From assembly GCA_046075565.1 (NCBI GenBank), contig JBJTQJ010000014.1, positions 1 to 64,000 of the forward strand: DNA of 64,000 nt, written 5' to 3'. A model generated the notes under the pieces. That model was not told the origin of the DNA. It saw only the letters and a list, made by a program, of their open reading frames with translations, and searched no databases. Each line of letters opens with the position of its first letter. Position 1 is the stretch's first letter. The position numbers and the translations under genes were made by a program. Below, in pieces: positions 9,907 through 17,699 of this stretch. Source of the stretch: Verrucomicrobiales bacterium (GTDB lineage: Bacteria; Verrucomicrobiota; Verrucomicrobiia; Verrucomicrobiales; SLCJ01).

Positions 9907-11307
9907 TCACTTGCCCGAGGGAGCCGCCGGATCCTCGCCATAATGCGCAAGGTGACGCACTCGCCATGAGGATGGTTCGCGGAAGAGCGGATTGGGCGAG
10001 CGTGTTTCCCAATTGCCGAGTTGCTTCAACATGGCGCGGGTGCGTGCCGGCTGTTCCAGGGAAACATCCCGCGTCTCTCCGGGATCCTGCGCGAGATCAT
10101 AGAGCATGGGCAGGTGGTCGGGCAGGCGGATGAGTTTCCATTCTCCCTCGCGCACCGCGGAGCCAACCGTATATCGCCACTTGAGCGAGGGGTGCGGTGA
10201 CTCCTGCGTCTTCTCCTGCAGAAACGGAAGCAGATTCAGGCCATCGAACCGGGCGTCAGGGCCGACGACACCACCGGCTGCCGCGACAAAGGTCGGAACA
10301 AGGTCGAGGGAAGAAACCATGGCATCGACCTTCTTTTCTTTCGGCAAAGCGGCGGGCCAGCGCATCAGCATCGGCACGCGGATGCCGCCCTCAAGCACGG
10401 TAGTCTTCCCGCCACGGAAGATCCCATTGGTTGACCCGTTGCCCATACCCGGAGCGGACGGACCTCCGTTGTCGCTCAGGAAAACGACGATGGTATCGCG
10501 TTCGAGATTCTGATTCCGGAGTTCATCGAGGATCTTACCCACGTTCTGATCAAGGCGATAAACCATGGCACAATAGGTGCGGCGTCTTTTGTCCTCGATG
10601 TTTGCGAAACGCTGCAGGTCACTCTCGGTCGCCTGCATCGGCGAATGCGGTGCGGCGAAGGAGGCGAAGAGGAAAAATGGTTTGTCCTTGTGGCGGCGGA
10701 TGAAGTCGACGCACTCGTCTCCTTGGTCATCGGTCAGGTAGGTGATGGGCGAGGGTTCTTTGTAAGTGCAAAGGAGAGGTCCGGCCATCGCTTCCTCACC
10801 ACCGGGTTCGGCACGGAAATAGTCGTGGGCGCCACCGAGCCAACCCCAGAATTCATCGAAGCCACGTTTGGTCGGATGAAATTGCGGTCTCTCCCCCTGA
10901 TGCCATTTCCCCATGATGCCTGTCGTGTATCCCAGCTTCTTCAGCCGATCCGCGATGGTCGTCTGATTCAATGGCAGTCCGATGGTTTCCGGATGATGGC
11001 CGGGTTGTACGGGCGCGAGATTATCGTAGAAGCCAAAGCCAATCGGATGTTTACCGGTCATCAATCCGGCGCGGGATGGCGCGCAGACCGGAGAGGTGAC
11101 ATAAGCATTGCTAAAATTCACCCCGCTGCTGGCGAGGCCATCGATATACGGAGTGGGAATATCCTTGCTACCGGTTACCCCGAGGTCGCCATATCCGAGA
11201 TCGTCGGCAAGCATCAGAATGATATTGGGACGCGTGGCCGACTCCGCCGGCACAGAAACCGGGAGAATGATGGCCAAGGCAGCAAGAATTAGGGCACCGG
11301 GCTTCAT
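9907..11307 (-). CDS. Sulfatase (formylglycine-dependent, S1 type)
   Basis: Start reassigned to MKPGALIL (ATG 11307); RPNIILMLADD, CAPSR, GKWH and SDNGG. Confidence 0.93.
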   Translation of the reverse strand: MKPGALILAALAIILPVSVPAESATRPNIILMLADDLGYGDLGVTGSKDIPTPYIDGLASSGVNFSNAYVTSPVCAPSRAGLMTGKHPIGFGFYDNLAPVQPGHHPETIGLPLNQTTIADRLKKLGYTTGIMGKWHQGERPQFHPTKRGFDEFWGWLGGAHDYFRAEPGGEEAMAGPLLCTYKEPSPITYLTDDQGDECVDFIRRHKDKPFFLFASFAAPHSPMQATESDLQRFANIEDKRRRTYCAMVYRLDQNVGKILDELRNQNLERDTIVVFLSDNGGPSAPGMGNGSTNGIFRGGKTTVLEGGIRVPMLMRWPAALPKEKKVDAMVSSLDLVPTFVAAAGGVVGPDARFDGLNLLPFLQEKTQESPHPSLKWRYTVGSAVREGEWKLIRLPDHLPMLYDLAQDPGETRDVSLEQPARTRAMLKQLGNWETRSPNPLFREPSSWRVRHLAHYGEDPAAPSGK

Positions 11308-11315
11308 CTGTAATC

Positions 11316-11744
11316 TTACGATGAGTTTTTCATGGTGAAGTCGGCGAAATCGAAGCCAGGGGCGACGCCGCACTGCACGAGGGTCCAATCGCCAAGGGAA
11401 CGCGCGGCCTGCCAATGACGGGCCGGCACGATGGCTGAAGGACTTTTTTGATCCGCATGGGCGCCAATGATGATGCTGTGCTGGTTTTCGAATTCCGGGT
11501 CGCGGAGCAAAAGCTCGAGCGGCGCTCCGTCACACCAATGCCATGTTTCTTCGGAGAGCACACGATGCCACGCACTAGACTCGCCGGCGCGGAGCAGGAA
11601 CCATATCAACGTAAAGGCCGCGCGCGGCCCGCGTCCGTCGGCCGGATGAACGATTTCCGTCGATCGGTGGATCTCGCGGTAGGCTCCTCCTTCGGGATGA
11701 GGCTGCAGGTTCAGTTGACGGATGATTTCATCGGCAGATCTCAT
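11316..11744 (-). CDS. Cupin_5 (DUF985) family protein
   Basis: LQPHPEGGAYRE, SAWHRV and VAPGFDFADF. Confidence 0.9.
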   Translation of the reverse strand: MRSADEIIRQLNLQPHPEGGAYREIHRSTEIVHPADGRGPRAAFTLIWFLLRAGESSAWHRVLSEETWHWCDGAPLELLLRDPEFENQHSIIIGAHADQKSPSAIVPARHWQAARSLGDWTLVQCGVAPGFDFADFTMKNSS

Positions 11745-11750
11745 GAGGGC

Positions 11751-11790
11751 AAAAGAGGACGGGCGGGGCTGTCATGACAGCACCCGCCCG
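11751..11790 (-). terminator. Probable intrinsic terminator after rpsR
   Basis: Minus strand reads cgggcgggtgctgtcatgacagccccgcccg (hairpin) followed by tcctcttttg. Confidence 0.55.
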
Positions 11791-11821
11791 GGAAATCCTG
11801 GAAGTTCGTGGGGACGAAAAA

Positions 11822-12061
11822 TCAGGGAAGGAGATTGACGGCACGAGCGCGTTTGATCTCGCGGGTAATCTGGCGATGCAGACGAGCGGAGACTCCGGTG
11901 GTGCGGCGGGGCAGGATTTTGCCGGTTTCGGACGTGAACTTCGAAAGGAGTTCAGGATTGGTATAGACAATCTTCTCGACCGGGATGTCGATGCGACGGT
12001 GGGGCATCGTACGGTTGGCGCGGCGGAAATTGGCCCAGCGTTCTTTGGTTTTCGGTTCCAT
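11822..12061 (-). CDS. rpsR: 30S ribosomal protein S18 (cysteine-free form)
   Basis: LLSKFTSETGKILPRRTTGVSARLHRQITREIKRAR. Confidence 0.95.
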   Translation of the reverse strand: MEPKTKERWANFRRANRTMPHRRIDIPVEKIVYTNPELLSKFTSETGKILPRRTTGVSARLHRQITREIKRARAVNLLP

Positions 12062-12086
12062 GATGAGGTGAATTCGGGGTCGGTGA

Positions 12087-12260
12087 TCAGCGAATTTCGC
12101 GGTGCACGGTCCGGCGGTTCAGGAAGGGGTTGAATTTGACCTTCTCGAGACGACCGGGGGTGCGGAGGCTCTTTTTGTTGCGGGTGGTCACGTAGCGCGA
12201 GGTCGGTTTTCCTTCCGCCTTGGCTTCTGTGCACTCGAGGATGATAATATCGCGGGGCAT
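12087..12260 (-). CDS. rpmG: 50S ribosomal protein L33 (57 aa, not in the ORF track)
   Basis: Manual translation [57 protein letters not shown], directly upstream of rpsR. Confidence 0.95.
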   Translation of the reverse strand: MPRDIIILECTEAKAEGKPTSRYVTTRNKKSLRTPGRLEKVKFNPFLNRRTVHREIR

Positions 12261-12299
12261 GGTGTCGTCTCTTCGGTGGGCGGGTAAATTACCACACCC

Positions 12300-13601
12300 T
12301 TAATCTTCTTCAACTGGAGATTCTTGATTTTCTTCACCCTCCTCGTTGACCCCGAATACGGGCCGGCTGCCCCGGAAGGTGCTGCCGTTCATTTTCCGCT
12401 CTTTTTCAATGATTTCCTGGCATTCCACGGTGTAGCGGGCGAAGGGAATGGCCTCCAAGCGGACCACCGGAATCGCCTTGTAGGACATCTCACACATCCC
12501 GTAACTGCCGGCCTCGATGCGTTTGATGGCCTCCTCGATCTCGTAAAGGGCGTCCTGCTCCTGGGAAAGGAGACTGAGGGCGAAATCCCGGTCGTAGGCG
12601 TCGCTGCCGGCGTCGGCCTGGTGCATTCCGAAGGCGGAAGCCGTCTCATTGGTCCCGTCTCCGCGCAGGTTGTTTTTGGCCAGACCGTCCATCGAATTGA
12701 TCAGGGTATCGCGCAGGTCGAGCAGGATTTGCTTCTGCTGCCTGATGAAGGCGGCACGGAGGGTGGACTTGAGAACGGGAGGCGGGGGTGGCTCGGGAGC
12801 CGTGGCCTTGGCCTTGAGGGCCAGCGGGCGCGGACGAACAACCTCACCGGTGCGGCGCTTGAGTTTGAGTTTGAGCTTGAGTTTGACCGACTTGCCGGCT
12901 TCGGCGGATTTCCGGTCGGAGGCCTTGACAGGGGAAACCTTGGCCGGAACTTCCTTGGCAGGAGCGGGGACTACGGGTTTCTCCTTGCCTTTCGGCGCGG
13001 GTTTGGCCGCAGGCTTGGCTTCGACCTTCACCGCGGGTTTGGCGACTGCCTTCACCTCGGCTTTCGCAGTGGGTTTGGCCGGGGGTTTGGGAGTGGACTT
13101 GGTGGCTGATTTTGAAGGCGCGGGAGCGACGCTCTTCTTGACTGGAGAGGGGGCAGATTTTGGAGACACTTTGGAGGTAGGTTTCGCCGGGACCGCTTTG
13201 GCGGAAGCCGGTTTGGAAGATGATTTTCCACCTTTGGCTGGGGCGGGCTTTTTGGAGACCGCCGCCACGGGCTTCTTGACCGCCTTTGCGGATGCTTTGG
13301 CCTTGGGTGCAGGCTTGGCTTTCACGGCAGGTTTCGCTTTGGAAACGGACTTCGCCTTGGAAACGGGCTTTGCCTTTGCCGCAGGCTTCGTCTTCGCAAC
13401 GGGCTTCGCCTTTGCGGTCGGCTTTGCTTTGGAAGCGGGCTTGGCCTTTGCCGCAGGCTTCGCCTTCGCGGCAGGCTTGGCCTTCGCGGTTGGCTTTGCT
13501 TTGGAAGCGGGCTTTGCTTTGGAAGCGGGCTTTGATTTTGCGGGAGCGGGCTTTGCCTTTGCGGCAGGCTTTCCTTTGGCGGGAGCGGTCTTCTTGGCCA
13601 T
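12300..13601 (-). CDS. dksA: DksA/TraR family transcription factor with a long Lys/Ala/Pro-rich N-terminal extension
   Basis: C-terminal MHQADAGSDAYDRDFAL...EIEEAIKRIEAGSYGMCEMSYKAIPVVRLEAIPFARYTVECQ; start reassigned to MAKKTAP at 13601. Confidence 0.85.
   Translation of the reverse strand: MAKKTAPAKGKPAAKAKPAPAKSKPASKAKPASKAKPTAKAKPAAKAKPAAKAKPASKAKPTAKAKPVAKTKPAAKAKPVSKAKSVSKAKPAVKAKPAPKAKASAKAVKKPVAAVSKKPAPAKGGKSSSKPASAKAVPAKPTSKVSPKSAPSPVKKSVAPAPSKSATKSTPKPPAKPTAKAEVKAVAKPAVKVEAKPAAKPAPKGKEKPVVPAPAKEVPAKVSPVKASDRKSAEAGKSVKLKLKLKLKRRTGEVVRPRPLALKAKATAPEPPPPPVLKSTLRAAFIRQQKQILLDLRDTLINSMDGLAKNNLRGDGTNETASAFGMHQADAGSDAYDRDFALSLLSQEQDALYEIEEAIKRIEAGSYGMCEMSYKAIPVVRLEAIPFARYTVECQEIIEKERKMNGSTFRGSRPVFGVNEEGEENQESPVEED
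13300..13580 (-). repeat. Approximately 18-bp tandem repeats encoding (A/S)KAKP(A/T/V) hexapeptides
   Basis: KPASKAKPASKAKPTAKAKPAAKAKPAAKAKP... in the translation. Confidence 0.9.
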
Positions 13602-13762
13602 ATACCAGTGTGGAATTTTTCCGGCGTTGGTTCCCCCGATGCGGGGGTGGCCGAAAAAGAGGCGGCCATTCTTACGTGCCGTCATCCCCGGATGCAACAG
13701 GAAAAGACTCTTTCACGCTCGATTTTTCGGGGAACAGCCCCCGGAAGATTCCCGGAAAGGGA

Positions 13763-13791
13763 TTGGCGCACGCCGTCGGCTCCGCTATGCT
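13763..13791 (+). promoter_or_regulatory. Putative sigma70 promoter of the deoB operon
   Basis: TTGGCG-N17-TATGCT, ending 9 nt before the ATG. Confidence 0.5.
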
Positions 13792-13800
13792 CACGGCATC

Positions 13801-14946
13801 ATGCCGAAACGTGCCGTTCTCATCGTGCTGGATTCCGTGGGTATTGGTCATGCCCCCGATGCCTCCGCCTATGGTGACGCCGGTGCGGACACCCTCGGTC
13901 ACATCCTCAAAGTCATACCCGATCTCAAACTTCCGAATCTCGACGATCTCGGACTGGCCATGGCACGCGCGGGGGCGGCAGTGGAAACTCCTGTCGGGCT
14001 ACCGGCGCGGGTTGGGGCAGCGGCGACATGGATGACTGAAGCCTCGGCAGGCAAGGACACGACGACCGGCCACTGGGAGTTGGCGGGCGCGGTGCTTGAC
14101 GAACCCTTCGCGACCTTCGAACAATTCCCGCAAGATCTCGTGGAGGAAATCGGAGCAAGCTGTGGCGTACGTTTCCTGGGCAATGTGGCGGCATCGGGAA
14201 CGGAGATCCTCGATCGCTTGGGAGCGGAACATCTGGCAACCGGAAATCCAATCCTTTACACAAGCGCGGATTCCGTCCTGCAAATCGCGGCGCACGAGGA
14301 AGCGTTCGGTCTTGATCGGTTGTATTTGGTTTGTAAAAAGGCGAGGGAAATTCTCGACCAGCGCGGGTTACGGATCGGACGGGTGATCGCGCGGCCTTTT
14401 CTTGGATCCATCACGTCCGGTTTCCAGCGCACCTCGAACCGGCATGATTATTCACTCAAACCACCACCGACCGTGCTCGATGCCGCCCGCACTGCAGGAG
14501 TCAAAGTCATCGGCGTCGGGAAAATCAGCGATATCTTCGCGGGCCAAGGAATCGACGAAAGTCACCCGACGCGCTCGAACGCCCATGGCATGGAAACCCT
14601 CGATCGACTGACCGCAAATCCTCCAACCCGAGACGAACTCATCTTCGCCAATCTGGTGGATTTCGACATGCTCTTCGGTCATCGCCGCGACCCCGCCGGA
14701 TACGCGCGCGCCCTTTTGGAATTCGACGGCTGGCTTGGATTATTTCTCGCGCGCGGACATGACGACGGATTTCTCATGATCACCGCAGACCATGGAAATG
14801 ATCCGACATGGAGCGGCACGGACCACACGCGCGAACGGGTCCCATTGCTCACCGTCGCGTCTCCCCGGCCATTGGAAACAGGCACCTCTTTCTCGCAGGT
14901 GGCGGACCTGCTATCCAGTTACTTTTCTCTCCCCCGCCCCACGTGA
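13801..14946 (+). CDS. deoB: Phosphopentomutase
   Basis: LIVLDSVGIG, GKDTTTGHWE, YTSADSVLQIAAHE, DFDMLFGHRRD, TADHGNDP and HTRERVP. Confidence 0.96.
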   Translation: MPKRAVLIVLDSVGIGHAPDASAYGDAGADTLGHILKVIPDLKLPNLDDLGLAMARAGAAVETPVGLPARVGAAATWMTEASAGKDTTTGHWELAGAVLDEPFATFEQFPQDLVEEIGASCGVRFLGNVAASGTEILDRLGAEHLATGNPILYTSADSVLQIAAHEEAFGLDRLYLVCKKAREILDQRGLRIGRVIARPFLGSITSGFQRTSNRHDYSLKPPPTVLDAARTAGVKVIGVGKISDIFAGQGIDESHPTRSNAHGMETLDRLTANPPTRDELIFANLVDFDMLFGHRRDPAGYARALLEFDGWLGLFLARGHDDGFLMITADHGNDPTWSGTDHTRERVPLLTVASPRPLETGTSFSQVADLLSSYFSLPRPT

Positions 14947-14951
14947 ATCCC

Positions 14952-16193
14952 ATGATCCCCATTATCCTCGCCATCGTTCTCGGAATCTATCTGCTGCGTA
15001 TCACAGCCTCGCTGATGAACCTGCGGTCGCTGCGTCCGGAGCCACCGGAGGAATTCCGCGAGCTGGCCGCCGATGGTGTCTACCAACGCGGGCAGGAATA
15101 CACCCGTGCGAAAACAAGGGACTCGCTGGTGGAAGAAACGGTTCATTTAGCCGCGTTTCTTGTCTTCTGGTTCGCAGGTGGTTTCGCCATGCTCGACAAG
15201 TGGTCAGGAGGTTGGGGACTTGGGCCGATTGCCACCGGCACTCTCGTCATCGCCATCCTCGCCGCCATGAATTGGCTGCTTCAACTCCCCTTCGAAATCC
15301 ACCACACCTTTGGCACGGAGACCCGCTTCGGCTTCAACCGCACGACGCCAAAAGTCTTCATCACCGACATCCTCAAATCCTTGCTGCTCGGCGCCATCAT
15401 CGGTCTGCCCTTGGTGGCGGGGTTGCTTTGGCTTTTCGCCCGCTGGCCGGACGCGTGGTTGTGGGGCTGGCTGGGATTTACCGTTGTCATGCTTGCCCTG
15501 GCCTTTCTCGCCCCGAGCATTTTGTTACCCCTATTTAACAAATTCGAACCGATGCCGGATGGACCTCTGCGCTCGGGCATCGAGAAACTCGCCGATAAAT
15601 GCGGCTTTCCTTTGGGCGGGCTTTTCGTGATGGACGGCTCGAAGCGTTCGACCAAAGCCAATGCCTTCTTCACCGGATTCGGGCGCAACCGCCGCATCGC
15701 GCTCTACGACACGCTCATCGAGCGTCACAGCAGCGGGGAACTGCTGGCCGTGCTCGCCCACGAGATCGGCCACTTCCGGCTCCGCCATGTCTGGCAACAA
15801 CTTGGAACCGCCTTGCTCTGCAATGGCCTGCTCTTCTTCCTGCTCGGTTATGCCCTCCGCGCTCCGGAAATCTATCGCGCCTTCGGCCTCTCCGGCGAAG
15901 CCCCCTTGCCCTTGCATTTCGGACTGGTGTTTTTCCTCGTGCTTTATTCACCGATAGGTCAAATCCTCTCCATCCTTCGCAACATCCTGAGCCGGCGTCA
16001 CGAGTTCCAAGCCGATGCCTACGCCGCCCATGCGACCGGTGAAGCAACCGAACTCGCCACCGCCTTGAAGAAACTTTCCACCGATAGCCTGAGCAACCTG
16101 ACCCCACACCCGCTCGTCGTCTTGCTTGATCACAGCCACCCGCCGGTGGTCGAAAGGCTGCGCGCCCTCGCCCTCCTAGGATCCAAGCATTGA
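14952..16193 (+). CDS. M48 family zinc metalloprotease (Ste24/CAAX prenyl protease-like)
   Basis: Multiple TM helices, DGSKRSTKANAFFTG, HEIGH, EFQAD and SHPP. Alternative GTG start at 14943 overlaps the deoB stop. Confidence 0.92.
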   Translation: MIPIILAIVLGIYLLRITASLMNLRSLRPEPPEEFRELAADGVYQRGQEYTRAKTRDSLVEETVHLAAFLVFWFAGGFAMLDKWSGGWGLGPIATGTLVIAILAAMNWLLQLPFEIHHTFGTETRFGFNRTTPKVFITDILKSLLLGAIIGLPLVAGLLWLFARWPDAWLWGWLGFTVVMLALAFLAPSILLPLFNKFEPMPDGPLRSGIEKLADKCGFPLGGLFVMDGSKRSTKANAFFTGFGRNRRIALYDTLIERHSSGELLAVLAHEIGHFRLRHVWQQLGTALLCNGLLFFLLGYALRAPEIYRAFGLSGEAPLPLHFGLVFFLVLYSPIGQILSILRNILSRRHEFQADAYAAHATGEATELATALKKLSTDSLSNLTPHPLVVLLDHSHPPVVERLRALALLGSKH

Positions 16194-16215
16194 CTCTCCA
16201 CCATCAACGCACACC

Positions 16216-17451
16216 ATGCACGTTCCCACCCTCATTGCCCGCAAACGCGAAGGCGGCCGTCTCGAAGACGCCGAAATCCGCGCCATCATTCGTGATTTCA
16301 CCAGCGGATCGTTGCCCGACTATCAGATGGCAGCGCTCGCCATGGCCATCTATTTTCGCGGCATGGACGCGGAAGAAACCGCCTCGCTCGTGCGCGCGAT
16401 GAAAGAGAGCGGTGACCATTTCACTTGGCCGGATGGCCATCCGACGGTGGTGGACAAACACAGCACCGGGGGCATCGGGGACAAGATCTCGCTCGTGCTC
16501 GCGCCCCTGCTCGCCTGCGAGGGCCTCTGGGTGCCCATGGTTTCGGGTCGCGGACTCGGCATCACCGGTGGCACACTCGACAAACTCGAATCGATTCCCG
16601 GATTCAACACACGTCTCGACATGGACACCGCGCGCGCACAGATCGAACGCATCGGCGTGTTCATGATCGGGCAAACGGATCGCTTTTGCCCGGCTGACCG
16701 GAAACTCTATTCGTTGCGCGATGTAACCGCCACGGTTCCAAGCATCCCATTGATTGTCGCTTCGATCATGAGCAAAAAACTCGCCGAGTCGCCCGACCGA
16801 TTGGTTCTCGATGTAAAATATGGCAGCGGCGCCTTCATGAAAACCGAAGCCGAGGCGCGCCAACTCGCCGACGCCATGGTGGCGACCGGGGAAGCCACCG
16901 GCACACGCACCGTGGCCATGCTCAACCCGATGTCGGAACCCATCGGCCACGCCGTCGGCAATGCCCTCGAAGTCATCGAGTCGGTTGATTGCCTGCGTGG
17001 GAAGGGTCCGCTGGACTTGGAAAATCTCACCCTCGACCTTGCGGCGGGTGTCTGTGATACCCCGCGGGTAGAACTCGCCGCTCGCCTGCGCGACGGCTCG
17101 GCTTGGGAAAAATTCCGCGAACTCGTCGCGGCCCAAGGTGGTGATGTCGATGCTCTGGAGGACTTGGCCCGTGTTCACACCGCGCCGGTGATTCGGGAAA
17201 TCCCTTCGCTGGCCAGTGGCAAATTGATCGCCTTTGATGCGGGCATCATCGGTCAAACCGCTCTGGAACTAGGGGCCGGCCGCGCCCGCGCCGATGACTC
17301 CGTGGATTTCGCTGTCGGCTTCGACCGCCTAGCCAAATGCGGACAAGTTCTTAAATCCGGCGAATCCCTCGGGCGTGTCCATGCCCGCGACGAAGCAGCT
17401 GCAGAACGCGCCATCGCAGCGTTGCATTCTGCCGCGCGTTTCGATCCGTAA
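16216..17451 (+). CDS. deoA: Thymidine/pyrimidine-nucleoside phosphorylase
   Basis: DKHSTGGIGDK, SGRGLGITGGTLDKLESIPG, SIMSKK and DVKYGSGAFMK. Confidence 0.93.
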   Translation: MHVPTLIARKREGGRLEDAEIRAIIRDFTSGSLPDYQMAALAMAIYFRGMDAEETASLVRAMKESGDHFTWPDGHPTVVDKHSTGGIGDKISLVLAPLLACEGLWVPMVSGRGLGITGGTLDKLESIPGFNTRLDMDTARAQIERIGVFMIGQTDRFCPADRKLYSLRDVTATVPSIPLIVASIMSKKLAESPDRLVLDVKYGSGAFMKTEAEARQLADAMVATGEATGTRTVAMLNPMSEPIGHAVGNALEVIESVDCLRGKGPLDLENLTLDLAAGVCDTPRVELAARLRDGSAWEKFRELVAAQGGDVDALEDLARVHTAPVIREIPSLASGKLIAFDAGIIGQTALELGAGRARADDSVDFAVGFDRLAKCGQVLKSGESLGRVHARDEAAAERAIAALHSAARFDP

Positions 17452-17517
17452 TCCGGAGATCTAACCCCACTTCTTTCTAGTTAGCATCAGATTCAATGGA
17501 TGGAGACCAGTCTTCAA

Positions 17518-17618
17518 GGCAAGACCGGGACGGTCTTGCTACGACTCCGGTGGATGCTCGCACGCGAAATCCCCTTGATTTTCCATGCCCACTGTAGCAA
17601 GAGCGTCTCGCTCTTGCC
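17518..17618. repeat. Pair of oppositely oriented GTAG-type REP palindromes
   Basis: 17518-17542 reverse-complements to gtagcaagaccgtcccggtcttgcc; 17594-17618 reads gtagcaagagcgtctcgctcttgcc. Confidence 0.75.
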
Positions 17619-17699
17619 CCGCAGGGATACAGCGAGGGAGCAGAAGCCCCTGATTGATCTTTTCACTAAGCAATAGGCGTTGGTTCTAGCTCGCATTAC

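Noticed and set aside
12649-13800. 384-aa N-terminal extension of deoB in the ORF track
   Set aside because: It is antisense to the dksA PAK repeats. DeoB homology begins at ATG 13801, which has its own promoter-like motif.
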